From: Iphione sp. A-MEVVRFRX5
Taxonomy: Eukaryota
Length of the DNA stretch: 64,000 bases
Direction of reading: 5' to 3'
Assembly: GCA_976226885.1 (NCBI GenBank)
Contig: OZ320322.1
Location: forward strand, 38,192,001-38,256,000
Positions within the stretch are counted from its first letter, which is position 1. Each line of letters starts with the position of its first letter. The position numbers were made by a program, and so were the translations under genes. Positions 27,929-40,731 of this stretch are shown here, piece after piece. The notes under the pieces were generated by a model. That model was not told where the DNA came from. It searched no databases and saw only the letters and a program-made list of their open reading frames with translations.

Positions 27929-30900
27929 TAAGGTTCTTCCTTAGAGGACATACCTATGAATTGGTTCACTGACCAAAGTGCAACTAGAACAATCGATACC
28001 AAGGGGGTAATTATGGCTTGAGTGTTAGAGCTCATGACCAACTCATGTCATCATCAACTTGTGCAATAATGAATTTATAATATTAACTATTCAAACAGTC
28101 AGAAACTTTTTCTTCTTTAAGACCATTATTTCATGATGAAATGCGTATCAATACAAGTGCTGAAAATATTTCAATTTTTACAGAATTTTCCTTAGATCCT
28201 AAGAGTATTCAGGGTTCATATATATTTCTTATTCTGATGGACGGGACAGTCAGGCACGGAATGGTCAAGGGGTGAAATAATTAAGTTGTTCATAGGAAAA
28301 ATTACCCAGGACCTCTTCCTTTCACATAATTATAACCTTCCAGGAAAAGGCGGTTTTGCTCTCAAGTGAACTTCAATACCTCCGTCCACTTGCAGTCTTA
28401 CTGCCTTTGACCTAGAGCCTTCATCCCCTTCCCCCACAAGAAACTTCAGTCTGTAAAGTTCACCTCCAAATTATCACCAAGGTGTTTCATTCTATTCCGT
28501 CGCACAGATTATATCTGAGAAATCTCTGTTCCTACCTCACTACGTTATCTCAGCTTAGTAGACAGGTCCACCATTGGCATTATTTCTCAATAATACCTTA
28601 TGTAGGTACATGCACGTAATATTTTCTCCCACTGGTTACCTCTGTTCAATTTGTGATAATTAAATGGTATATTTAACATGTGCAGGTAATATCTTGTCAA
28701 AAATTGGGAAGGCATGACATAGATACATCAGTCGTGTCAGACCTCAGATTTAAACCGTGTAAAAGTGAACATGCCCATGGGCATTTTCTTGTCAAGAATG
28801 GATGTTGCCTCCAGGCAGAGCTTTACGTTCTGGTAATATTCCTTTTTCTATATGATACTAAGATAAAAGTGATTAATTCTATGCCAAAATGCTTATGACA
28901 TTGCTGTCAGATAATAAATTGTGTTTTTTCCAGAATCTGTCAATAGGCAGTTTTTTCCTGTATGGTGAATACAAAATTAACTGAGAATATTGCATTTGCT
29001 ATAAATCCTGCTCATAACAGCCACATGAACTACATTCATCTGACTCTTTTGATGAGTTCATATTTTGTATTACACTACTTCTTTTGTATTATACACTTCT
29101 AAGTTAATATTGTTATATGTGCATGGCAGATGTTCTCTACTGTGTGAAAACCGTGTAACCTGTAGCCAGGAATACACGGAAATTGCACATCACTCAGAAA
29201 TTTCAAGTACTTGTGAGGACCACCAGCTGAAACCTCGTCATCCGAAAATATAAATTTGTTCGACAAAATTCATTGTAAATCACCGTATACACGTATGTAC
29301 TGATATACGTGAATTCTTCTTTTCTGAACATGAACAGGCAAAGTTTGGTCTAGAAGGATCAGACTCAATATGCGAGCATTTGATTGGTCTTGTGTTCCGA
29401 GTCCGATCCCTTCTCCCGAATGTTTGCCTGAAGTTACTCAACTGGTGGATATGTTTGCAATACATGTAATGTAATAGCTTAACACATTTGATATATTTTC
29501 CACTCAATCTAATTTGTTTAACAGACACTGCAAGTCTGTTCTCATTCCCTGGGAATCCTATACAACCGGAAACTTACCTTTAAAAAAAAATGACCTTCAC
29601 TAAACCAATTTTGGTGAATGAACATGGAATGTGGGCTAGGGTATTGCTAAAATGCATAGGATACAGATGGATAGGTTTTTAGTGATTAGACATTGGATTA
29701 GACATTCAAACAATTCTTATGCCTACATTAGTTTGAATATAAACTACCTGCCTCTGTATAGGTGATCAGACCTAAAGCGTCGGTTAAGAATTTTGAATAC
29801 GGCGGTCAGTCAAGCGTCGTGCTGTTTACATGAAAATGTAGGAGATTGTTTGACTGAAAACAAGCGCATTTGTTTAAGGGGTTTTGCTAGTATTAGTCTA
29901 AACCATTCACCTTTTTTATCTTGCTGAAGTTTACTTCAATTTACAATCATTTTACATTACCTCCTGCGTATTGACTCACTGCGATTTTCAATATGAATCG
30001 GCTACAGCAGTGTCGTTGGAATTGTATAGAACCACTTTATCCTGTATGCAGTAGCCGTTAGATTGCCCCTCAATGGGAGGTCCTGTCTTCAAACACGATA
30101 ATAGGGCTAGAGAATCACTCCTTCTCAGATGTACAAATTGAAGCATGCGAATTTATTGTAATTTTCCTACTTCGAAAATCAGTTCCATTGAAGTCTTTGA
30201 CAAAGTAGAATGAGAACCTTATTCACACGGTTGACCTCCATGGATTGCTGCCCCAACCCCCCCCCCCCCCTCCGTAAATGCGTCGATATCTGCATGTATG
30301 AACGATTGCATTTTAAACAATGTAGAATTTTTCTCATGAGGAAATTTCTTTCAATTAAAATTCGAAGTCATCCTTACCCTCTGGTAAACAAGGAAAGACT
30401 CTAAATCATGATAAATCATACACATATGCCTATCACTGATTTCTTTGTCCCCAGTTAACTGTCGCACCACCCTCCAATCTGATGCATCCACCCATCTAAC
30501 ATGACTCCATCCATCCATCCATCCCAAGGCACCACATGTCAAATATCTGATGGGCGCTTGCACAATCTCTCATCATTTTCTGATCGTAACGTCTGGATTA
30601 CTAATCGTGCTATTATAGTAATTAGATTGTTTTCCCCTCGCAGTAAATGTAGAGGAATGCATGGCTATTTTGCCAGACAGTAAATTACCACCGCGTGTTG
30701 TTCGCAAATATCAAAGAGCCAAGATAGAGGGGAGAGAAGGGGGTAGGGTTAGTTAGTACAGAGTACATGAAGTTGTTGACTGCACGGTAGACTGGCAAAA
30801 GGAACCGCAAACATGAACGATGAAATAAGACATTATCCAAATGTAAGTAAAAAAAACCAATGAAATGATCATCTCCTATCACGTACCCTTCATCAAGATA

Positions 30901-33892
30901 TTTATGTATTCATAATACCCTTAATTACCAGGCTTTCCCCCTATAGATGTCTGTATTTTTCAGAAAGATTACAGAAAGACCATTAACAAGTTTCCTAATA
31001 GTAGAGCTAACAGCTACTGTAGCCTCCGTAAGTGCAGGTTACGCCGTTGACTTGCCGCCTTCAAAACTAGATTCCTATATTACTGACGTTAATAACCATG
31101 TGTGGACATATTTTATCGTTTCCTAATCACGTTTTTGATCCTATCTCTCAGGCTACACAAGCATCCATTCCACTTCAGCGTGGGCACGCTTAAATCCCAA
31201 TTGACTCTACCTTCGTTATAGGTTTCTTTGTTTTTCTCTCCAGCTCTCACTTCTCTATACTTTTAGTCTCTTTACCACTGCATGTCCAAATGATTACACA
31301 ACAATGATATGTGTTATCTCACTACAATTCTGAAATGCGTCACGGCACAATGTGCTGATTATAAGAAACAATCTAGCACGATCAGGGAACTTCCCTGTAT
31401 GAGAGCGGATATCTGATTTTAAAAATTATTATGAAGTCGAAGAAAAAATGTTCTTTTCTAAAATGAATGTTAAAAGACAACATACATGTATGTCATGATG
31501 GTAAGAACCCTACTTTTAACAATGTTTCCCAATACACCGGTTCAAATTTTATTCTACTTTGTCGGTGCGGCTGTGGTGGCAGTCAAGATAAATCGTGCAG
31601 TTTTTGTTTTTATTATTGTTTCTCAGTTGATCTCAAAGTCGAATGGGCATTTCATGGATGGGCTTGCCGTCTTGTCCACTGCGTTTTGTAGACTATTTAC
31701 ACAGTGACAGGCAGACAGAGAAAGACGGACAGAGAGAAACAGACTGCAAAAGGGACGGAGTAAGAGAGGAGAAGAAGAAACTGACCATTCACCAATTTGG
31801 AGACTGATGAATCCCGCTACCTGTAAGGGACATTTTCGTGAAGACGGCCGATATCAAGTGATTCAATGATAAATAGTTAATTATCTGTTACAGTATGGAT
31901 AATAATTTCAAGAGAACTCACCTATTGCTTTCTCAAAATGCATGTACATGTATATGTATATACATGAATATGCATGTATATGTCAAATAAGACATATTTG
32001 GGTATTTGTATAGAAACGAATCAACATAGCTATGTTCACTAAGCCAACAGGGTGATGCGAGTGACATCACGTGCTGACGCTATAATGGAATGCTAGGGCT
32101 AACAACAACCATTCTGTTTCAAACATATATTGCACGTAATCGGTATTTCATCGTTGATTGTAGAGTATATGCGGGATACCGGAGCTAACAGACAATTTGC
32201 TGCATATCTATTAAATTATCGCAGGAAAAGTTTGCCGAACTTATATCTTCATCTGCAATTCTTCATTTACCGTCGTCAAAACAGACAAAGAACTTTTGTG
32301 CGCCGCTTTTGTTGGTTATGCGACCATGATATCCATACAAGAGTAACATTTGTCAATTCAGTGACAACGTCTCGCCTACTCCTCTCGGCTATTCTTTGTG
32401 ATGTAGCTTATTTATGAGTGGTCATATTACGTTGTCCTTGATCACAAGTCTGATGTAGATAGGTTAGTTGCAACAGGGTTTTTTTCGTCCATTTTTATTA
32501 TCGATATTAGAGCGAAACGAATCGCAAAAAGTTATTCGAATTCGCAACTCGCTTTCCATTCGCACTATCTTGACTGTATTTCGGCGCTAAATTTCATTTT
32601 AAAATTGAACTCCTGAACGTGCGCCTTCTAGGTCGCCTGCATGGAAGTGAAAGTTTCCCTGAATTAGAAAAAAATTGCATGCCTTGTGCATGGATATCCC
32701 CGTGTTGATCTTCGATATGTCTTGAATTCTATATCAAGTATAACTTTGGTAACCAAAGGCATTTTCGTTTTACCATTCGCATCATCCTGACGGTATTTAT
32801 GGCGTTGGCTTTCATTCGTAGACTAGACTGTTGGAATTTTTCCTAGATGGAGCAAGCTCTTTTTTTGTCCCGACATCGCTGGGTGTGCACCCTCGACGCC
32901 TGGAGCCGTGACGGGGGGTTCACCGTCAGCCTTCAGTTCTCGTCTCGCAGGGCGTTGGTCTCTGTCTGACCGGTCGCCAACAGCGACGTATTTTGTATTT
33001 TGCTCATTATATATCTCATCGATGCAGCGGTTCGTTGAGTTCTTCCATTTCCGTGAAATGCTTATTATTGTCCGGTATTAAAATGGATATTAACTACATG
33101 CATAAGTAATGGATTCGTGTTTTGTAAGCAATTTTCAATCAACGTGTGTAATAGTTGACTTTTTTCCTTCCATAGATTGAACTGAACTTTTAAGGCAGGC
33201 CCCTGCCGCGGTTTCTCCTCGCAGTTGCAAATTGAACTTGTTTTTTCTACTTCCAATGTGTTTTTTTCTATTTCACGATGGGAGGGAAAATCCAGACACT
33301 TTAGTATAATATACACGTACATCCTATTTCCATAACAATGGATAGATCTTAAATCATGCTTCTAAAGTGAAACTTTCTCGATAACAATGCCAATAACGAA
33401 AGCACTATATGCGTGTCAGCCCAGGCTAGAGAAAAGCTTCATCCTCATTAATTTTCTATATTGGACTATATCAGGGTTAAAGTTGAATTACCGCGCGCTA
33501 TATCGGATGTCAGACATTCTGTATTACATAAATATCGAGGAATTCAGCGGACAAAGAGGTCTCAACGGTCGTCACTGTGGCGGCGCAAGATAGTCCTGTT
33601 GGTTTGGTCGGAAAGCACGCAGGCTGGGTTGGAAGCGTGGCCTTAAGAGCTATGAACTTAATTTGCCTCGTATGTTTGGTTGATATCCATCCTTATTTCG
33701 TGACGCTTGTTATTTGTATAATATAATTATGATATGTACCGCTACCGCTGATTTGAATTTGTGATAATTGTTACATAAAGTTCGTCCTGAAAATCGCTCC
33801 ATAAATCTACCAATTGAATTCAAAGCTTGACGGTATGGATAGTTAAATTCTGCTGGTTTGTTCGGAGTTGAGAGGTCGCGGCTGTGACATAC

Positions 33893-33952
33893 ATGTACTT
33901 TGGAAGCCTCGAAAAATACTTGAAAGAAAATGAGTGCCTGCGCCATGTCCAT
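33893..33952 (-). CDS. Candidate alternative first coding exon (MDMAQALIFFQVFFEASKVH), phase 0
   Basis: aagATGGACATGGCG...CAT|GTATGT, about 140 bp downstream of the motif triplet at 34095-34455. The donor overlaps the ubiquitous TACATGTA word, which weakens the call. Confidence 0.22.
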
Positions 33953-34094
33953 CTTGCCTTTGAAGGCAGAATGCAACGCCTAAATAAATCACGCCGGAAT
34001 CCTCCCTATGACCCCGACCTGTAGGGCTGTCACGATGACGCAGTATGACGTTGTGTTTTGAACATAGTCAATGCATGCATATATGTATTTTTAC

Positions 34095-34455
34095 TGCGCA
34101 TTGAGACGGTCCCATGGGTACAGGGTTATTGCTACGAAGTACGACAGCCCTTTTCGAGAAGGATCGTGAACGACGCTGTTATACGTGTATATCTATCAAC
34201 TTCGAGATGCAGATTTAGCCTTTCACCGAACCCCTGAGTCCCTAGGATCGTCAAGGTTTCGCAATAAAGTATGCATATGTTTAACACGTATTGCGCATTT
34301 TGACGGTCCCCGGGATACAGGGATTTCACCAGAGATTCATCTTATTTCCATCAAATCGCATGTACTTGGATTGCTGTAAAAGCCCTAGACCTGTCGGGCT
34401 GTCGGGATGCCGCAGTGAAGTATTTAACATAACTACTGCGCATTGCGACGGTCCC
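34095..34455 (+). promoter_or_regulatory. Three tandem copies of TGCGCAT-N6-GGTCCC-N6-ACAGG (34095, 34292, 34437)
   Basis: tgcgcat tgagac ggtccc atgggt acagg / tgcgcat tttgac ggtccc cgggat acagg / tgcgcat tgcgac ggtccc ataggg acagg. Confidence 0.7.
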
Positions 34456-36855
34456 ATAGGGACAGGACACTGCCGACAAAATAGCGGTAAATTCCGCCAT
34501 AGATTTGCAAATGTTTCACAAGTCTCATGAGGCTATGTGTTTATGTGTGCACATAGACGTGGTTATAATAAAAGTTTCGGTAATATCAAGGACAAAGAGA
34601 AGCGGTAGTGAAATAATTGGACATAGTATAGACCGAAAACGGCTTGAGAAAGAACGAGTGACAAAGAAGAAGAGAAACGCCTACTTAGAGAGGCAAAGAA
34701 TGAATTACAGGGAGAAAAGGCGACGGACAGACCGATAGATTACAGAGAAAGCGATCCGGCTTTATTTTATATGTTTTATCTCATATATAATATTCAAGAT
34801 CCTTCCGTGTGTCAGCATCACAATTTCATTATCAACTTGTACAGAAATTGGCATATCTCCTCTATAGGAAAATGGCGAGAAGAAATTGAATAGATAAAGG
34901 TGTGACGTCTATCGCCGCAATTTGGGAAATATTTATCCTCAATCAATGATAGCTATGTTATCAGTGCCTCAAAGTCTAAGTATGACGTGCAACAAGGAAA
35001 CAAGGAAAGCCTACTGGAATGCAGATTCATTTCAGTAAAATCACATGAAAAATTGTATATCTTTTTAAATTTTCATTAATTTAGATGATACACTTTCCAC
35101 ATCCTTTCGAAAATATAGAACAATGTGTTTGGATAAAAGACGCTACTTTATCGTCAATTCAACACTAATGGAACACAGGTTACCCTCTCATATCTCGGGT
35201 GTTTTGACTGACTAATACTCATGCTTTTTATAGGGAATTATATGTCTGTAGAATAAATGGCTTCTTCTATTTTCCCTATTGGAATACAATTATCATTGTA
35301 TATGCAGACCACCCAGTTCGACACCCATTCATTCATTGTAAAGACCCCAAATTCTCAAAGAAGAAAATCCGGAGTGGTGTGCGTGCTATTTCGGGGGAAT
35401 ATTTTTGTCATAAGCGTGAATACAATTTGGCGATAAATTCTTACTGTGAATTGTTTGGAGACAGTTCCCATGATTTTATGAACAGAAATCTCTGGTTTCG
35501 GTATCAACATCTGGGCGGACCTAGCGGGCCGCTACGCCGCGAAATTTCGGACGCGCAGTAGCAGCAACGCCGACTCCTTAAATACACACACCCGAGATGA
35601 GATCTGAATGACTTTAGAACCCCTTACATACGCAGGTGTTGCCTGTGCTGTATGCTTTAATTCATTGCAAGGGTCAAAACAGTATAGCTCTTTGTGTGGG
35701 GTTTTGTGATAGCGAAGTGGTGCGGCCGACTACACGTCTCGCCTCACGTCCCGTCAACATCACGCCAGTTGGCCCAGCTCGACCAGGCTCGGCCCGGTGT
35801 CAGGCGTAAATGACGGGATCCCTAGTCTCTAGACCACGGGCGGATTTGTCTATGGGAGGAGAGGATTTTTATGACAAAGAGAACTGAGCCTGCCTTGAAT
35901 TTAGACTGCAATGAAACTTGATTTTTTTCTCAAAGAAACCAGACCCCACTGTGATCAGGTTAGCTCGGCTACTGAACACATTTGATGGTGTTTGACAAGT
36001 TGTATTCTGCGACACATTCCAGTTGAACTTCGTTTTCATTAGTATTCTCTGGTAAAATATTTTAGGGACACCTGGGAGGCAAAAATATTATTTGAGTTTG
36101 TATTGTCCAACAGGTAACCTGTCAATCCTGGTGAAGTGTTCACTAAAGATAAAATTGAAAACGTATAGATCCTGTATGTATGAAATTTTTACCAGTCTCG
36201 GTGAAGAAAACCATGAATGTCTTGGCCAATTTAGAGCCAGTTGTATGTATGCTTCTTCTGATCTTATCAAATTTTTCATGTGTCTCAATTTTCCTAAGTC
36301 TAAACCACTCTCATCGAAGGTTTGCTATAAAGAACGTCTAAACTGTACGTAGTTAATGTACCTCTAAGCTGGTATTTGGTTGAATAAATTTTAGAGTTAA
36401 AATATCCATCACGAAAGAAGATTTATCTCAAACTTTTCTAAAACCTCCTGGTGACGATGGGGAAAACTTCAGTAAAGCCTGTAAATCTATCACGCATTGG
36501 TCTTTCGCTTGCTGTGGTTTTTCTCATTTATTTGTTGTGTATGATTGAATTCTGTCATAGAAATTGAGGCAGTACTCACTGGTTGTCTAAATATCGAGTT
36601 TTGCTCTACATTATCCCTAGAATTTGCATGTGCCAAGAGCCTATATTTAGCAGGTGTTAACCGCGAGTCTAAATTAAAATCCGCTTCCTCTTGTTGATGA
36701 TGATGTGACCAGGCAGAATTCCAACACTCACATTTTAATTCATTTCCATAAAATTAATGAAAGTTGAAGTTTGAAATATAATTTTCTTCAGTTCTCATCG
36801 TTATTCCAAGAACGTACCGAACCTCGTTGATTATTTCAGACAAAATAAGACTCAC

Positions 36856-36906
36856 ATATATAATTTTCGACCTGTAACCTTGCTGATAAGATACTGGACA
36901 CTTCAT
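36856..36906 (-). CDS. Weak candidate first coding exon (MKCPVSYQQGYRSKIIY), phase 0
   Basis: actATGAAG...TAT|GTGAGT; no clear adjacent promoter cluster. Confidence 0.17.
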
Positions 36907-37201
36907 AGTCTATGATTTTTTTCGCATAATTACATAAATGCTGTTTGGGTCGTATAAATCAAGCTAATTGGCATGTTTTCGCCAATGTGCTCCACTTTTA
37001 GTCTGAACGCTCGCGGAGACCGGGGAGTGGAGCCATTTCAGCCGACAAATTATCCTTCATAATCTTTACATACAAATGAGGTTTATGTTAGACAGCCCCA
37101 GTGATGAACATGCCGTCATCAAGACGCTGAACAAATCGCCGTTATGGGCGCCAACCGGCACATAACACGACTAGATAGAAAGCCTTGTCTTGTCTACTCA
37201 C

Positions 37202-37360
37202 CAATACTGAAGGTCCTGGTACCAGACGGCTCGGAGCGTCGACAACAAGCGTTCTACTTTTCCCCCCTCCGGGCTGATTTTTTAATAACTGTCTCCTTCT
37301 TGTTGTTTTTCCAGTTCGTCGTTTGAAATGTGTAAACAACAGTCTGATGATAGGCGCCAT
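37202..37360 (-). CDS. Candidate alternative first coding exon, 53 aa (MAPIIRLLFTHFKRRTGKTTRRRQLLKNQPGGGKSRTLVVDAPSRLVPGPSVL), phase 0
   Basis: accATGGCG Kozak, open frame of 159 nt to TTG|GTGAGT donor. An E-box/CCAAT composite and further CCAAT boxes lie immediately upstream (37450-37540). Confidence 0.5.
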
Positions 37361-37451
37361 GGTTCCCACCAATAGACACAACAGGGCTTTCTTTTTCACA
37401 CCCCTCACTCTCTGCTTTATGGTCATAATCCTAGCCGGCCTTAAAATCGAC

Positions 37452-37473
37452 CACGTGGTATCACTTGACCAAT
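37452..37473 (+). promoter_or_regulatory. E-box-11bp-CCAAT composite in the promoter of candidate exon 37202-37360
   Basis: CACGTG gtatcacttga CCAAT. Confidence 0.55.
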
Positions 37474-39416
37474 CAGTGGACGAGTTCACTCGTAGCGCCA
37501 ATAAGACCATCCCAGCTACCCTGATGGACGCCAATATGATTCTTACTTTAATCTTGTATTTTGGCCAAACCTTTGTAGTGAAAATTTATTCCTGGACCCA
37601 TGTTATTCAAATCCCCCGACAACAGGCAGTTAATGTGGTGGCTGTATTCAAAGCTCAACAGGATGCGCTAAAAGACTCTGAACTTTTAATGAGCGCGCTG
37701 ACGCCTGAAGGGGATCTTTGCTGTCTGAAACCCTGACACCTGACAATGGCGTCTTTAATTTCTGAAATACTCAAGTGTGTGGACAAATCCCACTAATTTT
37801 CTGTTATTGTGAAGTGCAAAATCATAATAAAAGGATCAGTTGGTGCCGGTTTTTCTGTAATAACAGCCTGTTCATTTTTTCTTAGATAAATATCTATCGG
37901 AGAGTGCAGCAGGATTTAATGTGTGGAAAAGTTAAAATATGCATGAGATCAGAAAGATGGTTGTCTTGCCACAGGAATAATGGGGGCGTGTCGGACTAGC
38001 CGGTCATGTGACGTATGGGAGACGCTGAGACCAATGGCGTCAGCGTCGCTGTACTTTTACGACCGGTCTCCCTGGTCACATGACTTTGACATTTATGGTC
38101 CTCACGTGGTTGCTGACCGGGGGCTGATTGGAAGAAGCCTTGGTTTATTGACCTGTTATGGTTTAGCTCGGGCACTTAGTCCGCCCCTCTGTGCTACTTC
38201 CCATGAGGCCAAGCCCCAAAACGCCCACCCTTAGCCTGCAGATTCCTATTTTCTATACCTACACCAAAGGCTTAGTGTATAAAAATTCTCTCCCCCCACT
38301 TCCACAAAATGGAGTCAAAAAGGTATAATAAATGAAAGGAAAACCAACCACAGACAGATACATCTCACTCTTTACACTTAAGGCAGTGGGTGGTCAGTCA
38401 TTGATGCAATTTCCCGAAAACTATTTTCCGCCTGTTGAATAGCCTATACGCCATAGTGTGATAACTGAAAAAAAATGGAGTTAAAAGCGCCATTCTGTCT
38501 TGTGGCGTTGGCTTCCAAAGCAATAAGACACATATAAAACTCTATTCAACCTTTGAATGTGTGTCTCACCTTACCACGGACGGTTGCAGACTGATTTTAA
38601 TTTCATGGCAAGAGTCACAGAGAGCGACTTTAAGCACAGGAGGTAAACGATTATTCGTTTTGTGTGTGGGCATCTATTTTTTGTTCTGGTTGAGTCAGGA
38701 ATGATATTGTTCAAGTGAATAACATTAATTTCTTTTTGATGAATTTCTACGGCAAAGGAACTCTGACAAAAGAATGACTTTAAAAGAATCTATAAATATG
38801 TAATTTTTTACATATCATTCACATTCCATTAATATATACCTCTAATTTTTCGTTGTACATCGTGCTTGCAAAAAAGTATCTTTCCCATTTCAAACCTGAG
38901 AAGTAGGTTCACAATGTGCACAGAAGGTGTTATATTCTGAAGGTTTATGATGTTGAAATGATTTGATAGATTTAATTCTTTTTGTGGTCAGAAACTTTCT
39001 CTTTCGCTAATATTGTATTTATCTAAAAAGAGTAGATATTGTAAAGGATTTCGGCTCACCTGGAATATCGTCCACAAAGTTCACTTCATATTTCTATTAA
39101 TTGTACCGATGTGCTTTAGGCAAAAGTTGAACGTCCTATATTTTGTTACATTCCATACTATTCAGTTCTCCTAAGCCAGTTTGCATCATTTTTAAAAGTC
39201 ACGTATTCTACACGGTTCGTAGTGTATTAAAAACAGCCTATCAGATAATTGGCCGAAGCTGCATGGTCAGATACACATATGTAGTTTACTTCATTATATC
39301 AGCTGTCTAGACACTACTGAGGATAATTCTCAAAACTTTGCAGGGGACAATTTGATGGAGACAAAACCTTTTTTCTTTCGTAATAAATTCAACTCGGAGC
39401 ACGGTTCCTTCTCCTT

Positions 39417-39430
39417 GTCGCCATGACAAC
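39417..39430. promoter_or_regulatory. RFX X-box-like palindrome
   Basis: GTCGCCATGACAAC versus consensus GTTGCCATGGCAAC. Confidence 0.4.
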
Positions 39431-39439
39431 AGCAACCAT

Positions 39440-39458
39440 TGCGCATGGAGAAGGTTCC
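39440..39458 (+). promoter_or_regulatory. Motif variant TGCGCAT-N6-GGTTCC
   Basis: tgcgcat ggagaa ggttcc, 10 bp from an X-box-like palindrome. Confidence 0.45.
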
Positions 39459-40247
39459 ATGTTCAGAGTGTGGCATCAACTCGACAAGCTTTTCCACTGG
39501 CAGCGCAGAAAGCTGGGATTAGTTTTCATCCCCCTTAAAAAAACATACCATACCAAAAATACCATATAAATCATGCTTACCTGGTTCTGAAATGACAAAT
39601 TGAGATCACACTGTCGTTCTGCTGCTCAGTGTTTCAACTCTCCACGTATTTTGGCCATACATTGATAGGACCCTCATTGTGGTTCCATTCCAACTGTTTC
39701 AGTGTTTTTTTCACTTTAAAATCTAAAAACCCATTTCGAAGCAGATGAAATCTACATTAAAACTGGAACTTTCCCTCTTTCATTTACATCCATCTCTCTA
39801 TTTAAAACGTTCATAAGGAACCGTTTGAATTGCAGTCAATTAATTCAGCTGCACAATGATTTTGTCATATGGCGTAAGAGTTTTGAATCTATGTTCTATT
39901 TTCGTTCTGATTAAGTATTTTGGGTTAATGCTAGATCAGTTATGCGTCAATATGTTTCATAGGTATAAAAATATTGCTTTCTCAAATTACTATGCAACAC
40001 TTCGGACGGATTTATTCAAGCACATGTGCATGTGGATGTACGTACTTTCGCAGACATAATAAACTCAATGGTACATGTACTTCAATGTTGAATGATTTTC
40101 ATATAATGAGATCATTTTTTATGCTGAACTTTGAAAATTTGTATACATAAAATCTACTTTCAATTCTTTTAAACATATGGTGAAAGTGTCAACCCGTTCA
40201 GGGTTTAAGTAACCTTCTCATGTCGCAGTAGATGAAGCTGAACATAT

Positions 40248-40266
40248 TGCGCATGGGAAGGTTCCC
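40248..40266 (+). promoter_or_regulatory. Motif variant TGCGCAT-N6-GTTCCC
   Basis: tgcgcat gggaag gttccc. Confidence 0.45.
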
Positions 40267-40704
40267 TTAGCACTGAACAGTCGCTCGGACGGTCGTGCCA
40301 TTAAGTTTCAGACCGATAATTAGATTAATATCTCTCATTGTTACAGTCGTAGGCACATATATTTACACGAGAATACAAGCAGACGCTTGGTAAGATTCGG
40401 TGGATATATTATAGTGCTTTGGCACGTCTGAATAAGTTTAATATTAAGTTCGTAAAATTATCATTTCAATTTTTTAACAAATATTTTCGGTAACAACGTA
40501 TATGAAATCATTGACATGTAAGCTTAACGCCAACTTAATGAAGGAAACTTTACTTGTTATCCTTATCCTTCATCTTGAGCACCGGGAGTTTCTGAGATGC
40601 AAATTAGGAGGAGCGGCAGCGAATTCAAAATGTTCGGAATCGTAGTAAGCTAAGAAAGAGCCTAAATATAGTGGCCCAAGCACATAACAATGATTCGTAC
40701 TCAC

Positions 40705-40731
40705 CCCATCGGATACCACGCAGCTCGCCAT
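40705..40731 (-). CDS. Candidate first coding exon (MASCVVSDG, phase 0) of an unidentified large minus-strand gene
   Basis: Minus strand reads aaaATGGCG...GATGGG|GTGAGTAC: strong Kozak context and consensus donor. It lies at the 3' end of a GC/CpG-rich leader (about 40730-41100) with a promoter-like GC patch at 41200-41340. Confidence 0.6.

Noticed and set aside
31803-31850. Hammerhead ribozyme core (CTGATGA followed by a short stem)
   Set aside because: No GAAA after stem II and no stems I or III; other CTGATGA sites fail likewise.
32860-32990. HDV-like ribozyme in a GC-rich hairpin patch
   Set aside because: Only short local hairpins; I could not build the nested double pseudoknot by eye. 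An Infernal search would settle it.
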